The translations under genes were made by a program, and so were the position numbers. A stretch of 64,000 nt of DNA from Lingula anatina (taxonomy: Eukaryota; Animalia; Brachiopoda), in the NCBI GenBank assembly GCA_051362555.1, contig CM120642.1, positions 33,914,001-33,978,000 on the forward strand, in the 5' to 3' direction. The notes below the pieces were generated by a model. It did not search any database. It saw only the letters and a list, made by a program, of their open reading frames with translations, and had not been told where the DNA came from. Of this stretch, positions 13,086-25,180 are shown one piece after another (the first letter of the stretch is position 1; each line of letters begins with the position of its first letter).

Positions 13086-13710
13086 CTAAAAAAACAAGTG
13101 ATTTTTTAAGTTGATCCCCAGGATTCTTTTTTCCCCTTTAATGTAGCAAAAAATCTCCAAAACAAGTAACCATAGACAACAAATCAACACTGCTGACCTA
13201 CTTAGTACTGTAACATAAATTTCAGTCAAATTAATGAAAAGAACAGTATCCTACATGTACTTGGCCTGTGATAAATAACCAATCTCCACAAAACTGCCAT
13301 TACTGATAACAACACATACATGTATCTGTGTCAAGTGACGATACAGAATTGGACATTTTCCAATCAGAAAAATTAGCAAGGGATATAAGGCAAATTTGAA
13401 ATTGATTTTGCCTACCAATTCACAGTCAGTTTTTGCATTATTTGGTTGCTGAATCTTCCATTTACATAAAAAGTTATCATTTCATATCTAAAATACCCGT
13501 ATGTCACATGACAACCTTACATCAGGTGACAAAGACGTAGTTTTCATTTGCCCCCAGCAAGGAATTTGATAATCCATTTCAAGGTGAGTTAAAGACTGCA
13601 ATTTGTTAAAAATTTCATCACCAGGTATATCAGCTATCTGCACTCAAACTATTTCCATACAGTAATCACATTTATATAATTTATATACTGATTTAACCCT
13701 TACTACATTC

Positions 13711-16700
13711 CCCAGACAGCCTCAGTGATCTGGCCCACGTCTGGCCCAGATCTGGCAACGTCTGGCAATGTCTGGCAAAAGGTATGGCTTGCCACATGTG
13801 GGCCAGATGTGGCAATGTCTGGGCCAGATCTGGCCCAGACATTGCCACATCTGGCCCAGTCCACATTTGCTCATATGGCCAGATGTCGGCCCAGATCTGG
13901 CAATATCTGGCAAATGTATGGCATGCCAGATGTGGGCCAGATATGGGCCAGATCATATTCAAATGGGCCAGATTAGGGCCAGACATGGACCACATATGGC
14001 CCAGATTGTTTTTTTTTTATTATTTCACATTTGCTCATGTGGCCAGATCTGGCCCAGATCTGGCAATATCTGGCAAAGGTATGGCATGCCGGATGTGGGC
14101 CAGATTAGGGCCGGACATGGACCACATATGGCCCAGATTGTTTTTTTTTTTTTCTTTTTTTAATTATTTTTAATTATTCAATAAGATAACTATAAAAAAA
14201 AAACATACAAGATTCAAGATTCAAGTATTTATTCTGTGCTAAAAGCCTAAACAAAATTATTACACATTATATAACCTTGCTGGCAACTAACATGCAACAA
14301 ATTAAGGGCCACTCCTTGTCTTTTTGTACAAAACAATTTGTATGTTTGAAAAAAAAAAAAAAAAAAAAAAAAAAACACACTGCAAAAAGGCAAATATACA
14401 GACACTTAACAGGAGGAAATGTCACTTACATACATGTAAAGAAAACAGTTATAACAACAATTTTTTTTTCAACACAAAGCTGCTCATCGAATCTGAATTA
14501 ACACAAATTACAAAAATTGTAATTAATTATGCATGTACATGGGGGGGGGGGGGATTTGAGGGGGAAATATTTTTGCACACCTCAACCTAAATAATATTAT
14601 ACATTGTCATTTTTAAACTAATTCAAACATATCATTAATAATAATAATCACTAATGAATATAGTTTTGTAATGAATAAATCTTGAATAATGAATGAAAAA
14701 ACATTCTTTTTTAGATGATGGAGAGTTATAACAAAATTATAAATAACCATGCAGTAACTGTTTCAATTCAACTTGCATGCTGGCTACAGTACTGTACATA
14801 CGTGTAAATTCTGAAAAAAAAATATGTATACTCCAGCACAGATATAGATGTACAATTAAAAGAGAATTACATGTGCACAAAAACAAACCCCAGTATCAAT
14901 GCTTTTGAATTAAATCACATCACGAATCAAATCACTCAATGAATTGAACCAGTTTGCAATGCTTGCGCTTTTTTCAAATCCATAACACTAAGAAATGATA
15001 CACCCGCCTCCTTGACGAGCTTATAATTATTAAAGGAATCAACAATGGAACAAGTAACTCTACCAAGTTAACAAAAGTTCATTCAAATGTCAAGTCCAAA
15101 CACAACATCCCTTCCTTTCTTGGAGAGAAACGGTCCTTTCAAAACATGTTAATTGACAGTTCAGTCTTTAAAATGTCTTTTCAAACATTTGCAGAATAGC
15201 ATATGAACTCCAACTTTTATTCCTTAAACCACACTGAAAATTCTCAAAACTAATCAACTCATATCAAATCCCATGTCCTTTCACTACTACTGGTCTCTTC
15301 CTTTGCTTGCCTTTACGTCATATTCAAATGTTCCCTTCACTTTTAAAGGTTTCTCAGACGTGTACATGAATAATACTGTTTGTTTTCTGGTCCTCCACAA
15401 GAGCCACATTTATTTTTCTTGGATTTCAGCATTCTCCATGTATTTTCATCAATGATATTACAATATGCACCTGAATCTGGTAATACACTGAGATTAACAC
15501 CTCCTCTATTTCCTCCATGTCTTCTGTGCATTGGTTCCCACACCAAATGTATATGCACTCCTGGATTTTCATGTTCAAAGCTGTCATTTACATGAATAAT
15601 AGTTTCAGTTTTGCAGAGTTTTGCAAAGTGATCCAACGTTCCATGTTTTCTCAGTCAGGGAGTTTCTACTTCGTTTTTCATGTCTAAACTCGTAATGTTT
15701 AGACTGGCTTGGTTTGTCAAATGACTTCAGTTTCATCATACTCAGTTTCTGGTGTTCCAATTTCATTCAAAGCGTTAACTGTCTTATGTATATTCATGTT
15801 TCTAACCTGTGTTTGGGAGAGTCCTGAAAATATCTTGTAAGTTGTACACCTGTCCCTGCTGAATACAACATAAGCGCGCGTCTCCTTTGTCATGTATTTT
15901 TAATTTTCTATCTTTGTTCATTATTCATGCCGTTCGTTGGTTTTGAAAAGATCAATCTTTTTCCGTCAGCGAAAAGTTTAAACTGTCTAGCCATCGCGTC
16001 GAGCGTGACCCAATGTCTCCGGACTTCTGTACGGTTCGAATTCCGTAATTTCACATTTTTTCTCCATTTTTTTCAAAGAAACTTGACTCACAGTTTTGCA
16101 CTAGTGTTTATCCTCGTCGCCAGTGTTGATGCCTTCGAAATAAATCGCACCACGAATCAAATCACTCAACGAAATTGTATCAGTTTGATACGCTTATGCT
16201 TTTTTCATATCCATAACTCTAAGAAACGCTACATCCGGGTCCTTGACCGGCTTAGCATAAAAAGCGGAATCTTACAACAGCGGAACGAGTAGTCCAAAAA
16301 AGTTTTAGATCAGTGAATTCATTCAAATGTCAAGTCAAATTAAACAAATAGCACACTTATGAGGGGACTTTGAAGAAAAAAGAGAGAGATAAATTAAATC
16401 AAAATTTATCAAATGACGTCAGTTCAATGCATTCAGCTCACTGGTCAATAAAAAATAAATAAATAGAAAATAAAAATTGAAAATGAAAGTACCATATCTG
16501 GCCCAAGTCTGGGCAGCATCTGGCAAAATGTGGCGTAAATGCCAGACTTTGCCAGACTTGGCCCAGATCTGGCAAGTGTCTGGCAAAATGTGGCATAAAT
16601 GCCAGACTTTGCCAGACTTGGCCCAGGTCTGGCAAGTGTCTGGCAAAATCTGGCCCAGATATTGCCAGACGTTGCCAGATCTGGGCCAGACGTGGGCCAG

Positions 16701-16719
16701 ATTATTGAGGCTGTCTGGG
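13711..16719. mobile_element. Non-autonomous CMC/EnSpm (CACTA-type) DNA transposon
   Basis: ~60-bp near-perfect TIR beginning CCCAGACAGCCTCA, a 2-bp TSD (TC), and long subterminal arrays of TCTGGC(C/A) motifs at 13711-14140 and 16495-16719. Confidence 0.8.
14894..16346 (-). mobile_element. Degenerate, internally deleted Gypsy-type LTR retrotransposon nested in the CMC element
   Basis: Two diverged ~215-bp LTRs (14894-15107 and 16124-~16346). PBS TGGCGACGAGGAT (16110-16122) complementary to the tRNA-Ser(GCU) 3' end. Polypurine tract 15108-15120. Zn-knuckle end (LDHFAKLCK) and aspartic protease motif GGVNLSVLPDSGAYCNII in ORF 15343-15636. Confidence 0.85.
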
Positions 16720-17152
16720 TCTATACTTCCTTGTTTCACTTCTGAATACGTCTTTATCTATTCATTTATATTCTTCAAACTAAAAACATTTTCTAGTGAA
16801 CTAAATTAAAGACAATGACTTGTGTTTCACCATTTTTCATTAACTTAATTATGTCTGAACCAATGACAAATTGTATCAATTTTCCATTAAAGAAATTTAA
16901 AAAAAAAGCGTTGAAGGACCACCTTAATGCAATATATACATGTACCATGTCTCTTCCAAAAAATCTTGTATGTATGACTTTTCTAAAGACAGGGAAAATG
17001 TTAACAGGGCTCCCTCTTTTAAGTGTTAAAGCAAAATTTCCCATTATCTTGTGGTGGTTGAGGCCTACTTTAAAAAAGCCAGCAAAACCTTTACCCAAAA
17101 CTAAATCCTTATTTCACACTGAGACATTCATTTTTTTCAGACCTAAAACGAA

Positions 17153-20100
17153 ATGGCGACTGCTGCCACTCCCCGAAATGAGATAGAAAACACAATGCGT
17201 ATGGGACTACTGATACATTGGTCACAAGATGTGCTTCAAGATGTCCTCAGTATACAGTTACAAACAACTTATCCAGGGTTGTTTGATCCATCAAATGGAG
17301 GGAAGTTGTTTGATATTCTAGCTGACCAAAAAGCAAAGCATGCTTTGCTGCAGTTGAAAAAAAGGAATGTTTTGAATGCAAGCCAAATGAAGCTTCTATA
17401 CCCTTCTGGGAATCCCTCCACAACTGTGACACTGAAGGACTTAGATGTGACTCTTACAGTAGTCCTGTTAAGAAATATCACGACACTGAACCCAAAGGGC
17501 AGTTGGGAGAATCCACCGATAACTGACACGTCCATGGAGGCCCAGATTGGCAGAGTGAAGAAATATCGCAACAAATTTTCACATGGGGGCGCCAGTCTCA
17601 CAGATGCTGCATTTCAGACCCAGTTTACAGATTTGAAAGCTTTGCTGCTATCACTGTCCACAATCTACACCAGTGATGACTATGACAAGTTGCTTACTGA
17701 TCCACTGCATGCAGCAGGTATGATGTATTTAACACATATCGAGTGTGCTACATGTATGAAGAATAGTGAGAGAAGCTACCGGTATCTTCATAGCTAAGAA
17801 GGACTGTGCTCTATTATATTGATTGTCCACCAGCGTATAAATAAAGACAACTTTCAGTTTACAGTCATGAGTGTTCTTCACAGAAATGTGCACAATGACA
17901 GGAACTGGCATACTTCAAACATCAAATCTACCGCCATAATTATAGGAAAATAAAATATGTAATATTATAACTTTTACTTTAGTCTTTTTATGCATGACAT
18001 TTTCAGAATTTAAATTTTTTTTATGGATGAAAGTTTTTTTCTTGCATGTTTATTTTTCAATTACAGAAGCACCTTGTGAGCTCATCTCTACTAACCTTCC
18101 AAACAGAAATCCAGAGCTGAAGGGACGAGTGGACCTGGTGCAGAAAATACTGCAGCAAGTTGAAGATAAAAAACTCATTCTCTTGACTGGGATGGGCGGC
18201 ATAGGTAAAACAAGCATAGCTGTTGAGGTTGGACATCACAGAAAAGATGTCAGAAAAGATGTCTTGTATATTGATATGAGAAAAGCTGTAAATCTTGACT
18301 CTGTTAAATTATCACTTGTGCAGCACTATCACCCAACTCAGTTTTTGAAAGATATTTACAGTGATTATCAGAACAAATTCACACAAACTATGTCTAATTT
18401 AGCAACGGACACTCTCCTTATCCTTGATAATAATGACAGCGTTTTGAATTCACACCAGCAAGAGTTTCTACAGTTACTAGAGGAAGTCATGAATTCATCA
18501 AAACATATCACTCTTTTATGCACCAGTCGTGAATCCTTCAGTCTTCTGTCACAAACCACAGTTACTATAGACATCCCTCCTCTTGATAAAACATCTTCAC
18601 GTGAAGTCCTTTGGGGGGAGAATATGATCAGCCCCACAGATAGTGAGACAGACGCTTTAGGTGAAATATCAGAGAGATGTGGCCACAATCCCCTTGCACT
18701 AAAATTGGTAGCTGCCCAGATCAAGCTCAAAACAGTACATAAAGTGTTAGGGAAAATGAAACGCAAAAAAGTACTTCCCTCTCTTCAGTTACCTAACATT
18801 CCTGCATCACAAGGTATGCTTACCTGCTTAGAAATGTCTTATGAAACACTGAATGACACAGAGAAAAAGGTGTTTAGGGGACTGCATATATTTCCAGTTG
18901 CATTCAATTCAGAAGAAGTCTCAGAGATTTTGGAGATGGATGAGGATGAATGTGAATCTGTCCTTGACATTCTTAGTGCTAAATCACTCTTGAGTTTGGT
19001 CCAAAATACCTATGATCTGCATCCTTTGGTGAAGGAGTATGCAGAGTGCCTTGCACAAACTGACAGCAATGAAATCACTCACACACGAAAGAAATACTGT
19101 GATTATTACATAAGGTGTATGCGCCAGCTATACATTGTGCATAATATTAAAGCTTCGCTTTTTGAAAATATGTCAAAACTGGTGCCCCATTTACATATGA
19201 CTGCTACCTTGCTAAAAATGGAACTCTGCACTTCTGACATACAACAGAAAAAAATCACACTCAGTATCCTGCAAGAGATTGCAAATACATTCAATATGCT
19301 ATATCTGTATCAAGAAGCTCTATCAATTTTTCGTTCAAATGAGGGAGAAATAACCATATATTTTGAAGGTCAACCAACTGAAATAGCAGAAGTGCACAAA
19401 TATATTGGTGGGTTACTAAACAACATGGGTAAGTACAAAGAGGCACTTGATTATTCTAAAAAAAGCCTGGAGGTAATAGAAGAGTTCCTAGATCCCAAAC
19501 ACCCTGATACTGCTACCTCATACAGCAATATTGGTTGTGGACTGAGAAACATGGGTGAGTACAAACAGGCACTTGACTATTATAAAAAATGTCTCAAGGT
19601 AAGGAAAGAGTCCCAAATTCTAGGTCCCAAACACCCTGACACAGCTACATCATACAATGATATTGGTAGTGTACTGAGAAACATGGGTGAGTACAAAGAG
19701 GCACTTAGGTATCATAAAAAATGTCTGGAGGTAAGGGAAGAGGTCCTAGGTCTCAAACACCCTGATACTGCTTCCTCATACAACAATATTGGTAGAGTAC
19801 TAGAAGACATGGGTGAGTACAAAGAGGCACTTGGGTATCATAAAAAATGTCTGGAGGTAAGGGAAGAGGTCCTAGGTCTCAAACACCCTGATACTGCTAC
19901 CTCATACAACAATATTGGTAGTGTACTACAAGACATGGGTGAGTACAAAGAGGCACTTGACTATTATAAAAAATGTCTGGAGGCAGAGGAAGAATTTCTA
20001 GGTCCTAATCACCATGACACAGCTACCTCATACAACAATATTGGTAGTGTACTACACGCCATGGGTGAGTACAAAGAGGCATTAGAATATATAAAAAAAT

Positions 20101-23048
20101 GTCTTGATGTAAGGGAGGAGGTCTTAGGTCTCAAACACCCTTATACTGCTACCTCATACAACAATATTGGTAGTGTACTAAACGCCATGGGTGAGTACAA
20201 AGATGCACTTGACTATCATAAAAAATGTCTGGAGGTAAAGAAAGAGGTCTTAGGTCCCAAACACCCTGATACTGCTACCTCATACAGCAATATTGGTAGA
20301 GTACTACAAGACATGGGTGAGTACAAAAAGGCACTTGACTATTATAAAAAATGTCTGGAGGTAAAGAAAGAGGTCTTAGGTCTCAAACACCCTGACACAG
20401 CTACCTCATACAACAATATTGGTAGTGTACTACAAGACATGGGTGAGTACAAAGAGGCATTTGAATATATAAAAAAATGTCTTGATGTAAGGGAGGAGGT
20501 CTTAGGTCTCAATCACCCTGACACAGCTTCCTCATACAACAATATTGGTAGTGTACTACAAGACATGGGTGAGTACAAAGAGGCACTTGACTACCATAAA
20601 AAATGTCTGGAGGTAAAGGAAGAGGTCCTAGGTCTTAAACACCCTGATATTGCTGCCTTATACAACAATATTGGTTGTGTGCTGCAAGACATGAGTGAAT
20701 ACAAAGAGGCATTTGAATATATAAAAAAATGTGTTAGTATAAGGGAGGAGGTCTTAGGTCCCAAACACCCTGATACTGCTACCTCATACAGCAATATTAG
20801 TGGAGTACTACAAGCCATGGGTGAGTACAAAGAGGCACTTGACTACCATAAAAAATGTCTGGAGGTAAAGGAAGAGGTCCTAGGTCCCAAACACCCTGAT
20901 ACTGCTACCTCATACAGCAATATTGGTGGAGTACTACAAGACATGGGTAAGTACAAAGAGGCACTTGACTTTTATAAAAAATGTCTGAAGGTAAATGAAG
21001 AGGTCCTAGGTCCCAAACACCCTGATACTGCTACCTCATACAGCAATATTGGTCATGCACGACAAGCCGTGGGTAAGTACAAAGAGGCACTTGACTACCA
21101 TAAAAAATGTCTGGAGGTAAAGGAAGAGGTCCTAGGTCCCAAACACCCTGATATTGCTGCCTTATACAACAATATTGGTTGTGTGCTGCAAGACATGAGT
21201 GAGTACAAAGAGGCACTTGATTATTATAAAAAATGTCTGAAGGTAAAGGAAGAGGTCCTAGGTCCCAAACACCCTGATACTGCTACCTCATACAGCAATA
21301 TTGGTAGAGTACTAGAAGACATGGGTGAGTACAAAGAGGCACTTGACTATCATAAAAAATGTCTGGAGGTAAGAGAAGAGGTCCTAGGTTCCAAGCACCC
21401 TGATACTGCTACCTCATACAGCAATATTAGTGGAGTACTACAAGACATGGGTAAGTACAAAGAGGCACTTGACTATTATAAAAAATGTCTGGAGGTAAGG
21501 GAAGAGGTCCTAGGTCCCAAACACCCTGATACTGCTACCTCATACAGCAATATTAGTGGAGTACTACAAGACATGGGTAAGTACAAAGAGGCACTTGACT
21601 ATTATAAAAAATGTCTGAAGGTAAAGGAAGAGGTCCTAGGTCCCAAACACCCTGATACTGCTACCTCATACAGCAATATTGGTAGAGTACTAGAAGACAT
21701 GGGTGAGTACAAAGAGGCACTTGACTATCATAAAAAATGCCTGGAGGTAAGGGAAGAGGTCCTAGGTCCCAAACACCCTGATACTGCTACCTCATACAGC
21801 AATATTAGTGGAGTACTACAAGACATGGGTGAGTACAAAGAGGCACTTGACTATCATAAAAAATGTCTGGGTGTAAGAGAAGAGGTCCTAGGTCCCAAAC
21901 ACCCTAGCACAGTTACCTCATACAGCAATATTGGTGGAGTGCTACAAGACATGGGTAAGTACAAAGAGGCACTTGACTATCAGAAAAAATGTCTTGAGGT
22001 AAGGGAAGAGGTCCTAGGTCCCAAACACCCTGATACTGCGACCTCATACAGCAATATTGGTGGAGTACTAGAAGACATGGGTGAGTACAAAGAGGCACTT
22101 GACTATCATAAAAAATGTCTCGGTGTAAGAGAAGAGGTCCTAGGTCCCAAACACCCTGATACTGCGACCTCATACAGCAATATTGGTGGAGTACTAGAAG
22201 ACATGGGTAAGTACAAAGAGGCACTTGACTGTCAGAAAAAATGTCTTGAGGTAAGGGAAGAGGTCCTAGGTCCCAAACACCCTGATACTGCTGGCTCATA
22301 TAACAATATTGGTTGTGTACTAAGAAACATGGGTGAGTACAAAAAGGCACTTGACTATTATAAAAAATGCCTGGTGGTAATAGAAGAGATCCTAGGTCCC
22401 AAACACCCTGATACTGCTGCCTCATACAACAATATTGGTTGTGTACTGAGAAACATTGGCGAGTACATAGATGCACTACACTATCATAAAAAATGTCTGG
22501 TAGCAATAGAAGAGCTCCTAGGTCCCAAACACCTTGATACTGCTACCTCATACAACAATATTGGTGGAGTACTACAAGACATGGGTAAGTACAAAGAGGC
22601 ACTTGACTATCATAAAAAATGTCTTGAGGTCAGGGAAGAGGTCCTAGGTCCCAAACACCCTGATACTGCTACCTCAAATGACAATATCGGTGGAGTACTA
22701 CAAGACATGGGTGAGTACAAAGAGGCACTTGACTATCATAAAAAATGTCTGGAGGTAAGAGAAGAGCTCCTAGGTCTCAAACACCCTGACACAGCTACCT
22801 CATACAACAATAATGGTAGTGTACTACACGCCATGGGTGAGTACAAAGAGGCACTTGACTATCATAAAAAATGTCTTGAGGTAAGGGAAGAGCTCCTAGG
22901 TCTCAAACACCCTGATACTGCTGCATCATACAACAATATTGGTTGTGTCCTGACAAATATGGGCGAGTACAAAGAGGCATTACACTATCATACAAAATGT
23001 CTGGAGTTAAATGAAGAGCTCCTATACTGTAGATCCCAAACACCCTGA
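17153..23048 (+). CDS. HEPN (DZIP3-like) - NB-ARC/STAND NTPase - 29x 42-aa TPR protein (~1848 aa), NLR-like
   Basis: Exons 17153-17717 (G|GTATGA) and 18067-23048 (TTACAG|AA) join in frame. Exon 1 has DLDVTLTVVLLRN..W..P..TDTSMEAQIGRVKKYRNKFSH (RxxxxH). Exon 2 has Walker A GMGGIGKT, Walker B LLILDNND, LLCTSRE, CGHNPLAL and YDLHPLV, followed by TPR repeats. Confidence 0.92.
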
Positions 23049-23227
23049 TACTGCTACCTTATACAACGTTGTTGGAGTACTGCAAGCCATGGGTGAATAA
23101 AGAGGCTCTAGCTTATTTTAAAAACAGATAGGAAGTAGATGATGCACTAGGCTCTAAACACCCTGATATTAATACAGTGAACAATTCAATTTGTACTGTA
23201 CTTGTGAACATGGGTCAGTTCAAAGAG
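19380..23227 (+). repeat. Coding tandem array of 126-bp (42-aa TPR) units: 29 in frame plus ~2 degenerate units after the stop
   Basis: Consensus DTATSYSNIGGVLQDMGEYKEALDYHKKCLEVREEVLGPKHP with very high nucleotide identity between units. Confidence 0.95.
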
Positions 23228-23228
23228 A

Positions 23229-23368
23229 CCATTCCCACAGATATTTAGATCAATCTATCCTCCTGGGGAGTCTCACTAGGTTGCTGTCAGCTTAACCGAC
23301 AATTTAGCGTGAACCCCCAGGGAGTTAAGTTGATCTTGATGAATAGATCTAGATCTGTGGGAACCCAG
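23229..23368. mobile_element. Short MITE-like element; second copy at ~60912-61122
   Basis: Inverted ends TTCCCACAGAT..ATCTGTGGGAA. Internal blocks GGGGAGTCTCACTAG and TAGCGTGAACCCCCAGGGAGTTA are shared with the 60.9-kb copy. It interrupts a degenerate TPR unit. Confidence 0.7.
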
Positions 23369-24305
23369 TCATAGAGGCACTAGAAAATGTTCATATTGTA
23401 CAAATTATATACAGTATCCTCTAGGGTACTGGAAGGGCTTACGATCTGTATATGGCACAACTCCATCGCTGAACAAGATGTTTTCACGAAAATTGGCAAA
23501 GGTGATATCAAGTGTGTGGGTTTTCAATATTTTGTTGTTATTTTGGTTTAATTATGTTTTAGCCATGGAGTACAGAGCACCTAATAACATTGTATCATTG
23601 AACATAGGCTTTATTTTGCTTCATTTAATGCAATAAAATTGTAACTTAAGCTTTTATCATTTGGTCGAAACAATATTTATGCGTAGGTAAAAGGGAAACT
23701 GATTTTGTATTTTTAACCCCAAAATTATAATGATGATATGTCATATGAAAAATGACACTTGTGTAAATACTTAGGAATTTAATTAGTGAAAACTGAAAAT
23801 GTATCTATTATCGAAAAAAAAAAAATGTATGCAAGGCTGTGAAATGGGAGTTTTTTTGGCTCACCCTGATTGTAAAATGCTAACAAAACTTCATGAAAAA
23901 TATATGCAGATCAACAGTATTATTTCAATCTATACTCAGTCCCAATTTACTCCACATAAATATTGGAAAAGTTATATATATAATGCTTAATCAATACTAA
24001 CAAAACTTGAAAAATGTTTGCAGATAGTTTAATTTCCATGTATATACTTATGTCCTACCTCTTGGCTGTTTTCACCAAAGTCTTAAAATGTCTCCATAGA
24101 CATCTCCAAGGATTTCTCCATAATCTCCCAACCTCTACAATAAAATGACACTGAAGTTCTAACTTCTACAAACATATCTAAAGAGTCCCTAGTTTTGTAA
24201 AAAATATCTGGGCAGTCTTATTTTTTGCAAGGATATCTAGGATGTGCTCACTCCTCTATCTAGGCAGTCTTGACTTTTCTAGGAATATTCATGATGATGA
24301 TATTA

Positions 24306-24450
24306 TCATCATCATCATCATCAGTGCTCTTCGTCCCGTGTGGGACATAAGGCCACAGTCACTTCTTTCCATTTGGCCCTGTCTCTGGCTACGTGCTGGG
24401 CCTGTCCCCATGTAAGGTCCCCCTCCCTCAGCTCTGCCATCACTGTTCGG
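24306..24450 (-). mobile_element. RTE-type LINE 3' end
   Basis: RTVMAELREGDLTWGQAQHVARDRAKWKEVTVALCPTRDEEH*, followed by a (TGA)n tail. Confidence 0.75.
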
Positions 24451-25180
24451 CTATCCATTCTTACTATATAATTTATGTGGCGGCCTGGCTATCCATTCTT
24501 ACTACATAATTTATGTGGTGGCCTGGCTATCCATTCTTACTATATAATTTATGTGGCGGCCTGGCTATCCATTCTTACTATATAATTTATGTGGCGGCCT
24601 GGCTATCCATTCTTACTATATAATTTATGTGGCGGCCTGCAGCTGGCTATCCATCCTTACTATATAATTTATGTGGCGGCCTGGCTATCCATTCTTACTA
24701 TATAATTTATGTGGCGGCCTGGCTATCCATCCTAACTATATAATTTATGTGGGTGCCTGGCTATCCATCCCAACTATATAATTTATGTGGCGGCCTGGCT
24801 ATCCATCCTAACTATATAATTTATGTGAAGGCCTGGCTATCCATCCCAACTATATAATTTATGTGGCGGCCTGGCTATCCATCCTAACTATATAATTTAT
24901 GTGAGGGCCTGGCTATCCATCCCAACTATATAATTTATGTGGCGGCCTGGCTATCTATCCTAACTATATAATTTATGTGATGGCTTGGCTATCCATCCTA
25001 ACTACATAATTTATGTGGGGGCCTGGCTATCCATCCTCACTATATAATTTATGTGGGGGCCTGGCTATCCATCCTAACTATATAATTTATGTGGTTGCCT
25101 GGCTAACCATCCTAACTATATAATTTATGTGGTTGCCTGGCTATCCATCCTAACTATATAATTTATGTGTGGGTGCCTGG
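24449..25180. repeat. 38-bp minisatellite, ~19 copies
   Basis: Unit CTATCCATTCTTACTATATAATTTATGTGGCGGCCTGG repeated head-to-tail with no unique spacers. Confidence 0.95.

Noticed and set aside
13693-14173. Overlapping ORFs in several frames (also 16419-16809)
   Set aside because: Artefacts of stop-poor subterminal repeats of the CMC transposon.
17994-18066. ORF-track start of the 1684-aa protein
   Set aside because: Intronic. The polypyrimidine tract and TTACAG acceptor at 18066 join the HEPN exon in frame.
20591-22506. Cys-rich antisense ORFs within the TPR array
   Set aside because: Shadow frames of the 126-bp repeats, with no independent gene signals.
17153-23048. Bacterial contamination or recent horizontal transfer of an Avs gene
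   Set aside because: The gene has a spliceosomal intron, a DZIP3-type HEPN typical of animals, host-like composition and animal transposons on both flanks.
24449-25180. CRISPR-like array (38-bp periodicity)
   Set aside because: Units are contiguous with no unique spacers, there are no cas genes, and the context is eukaryotic.
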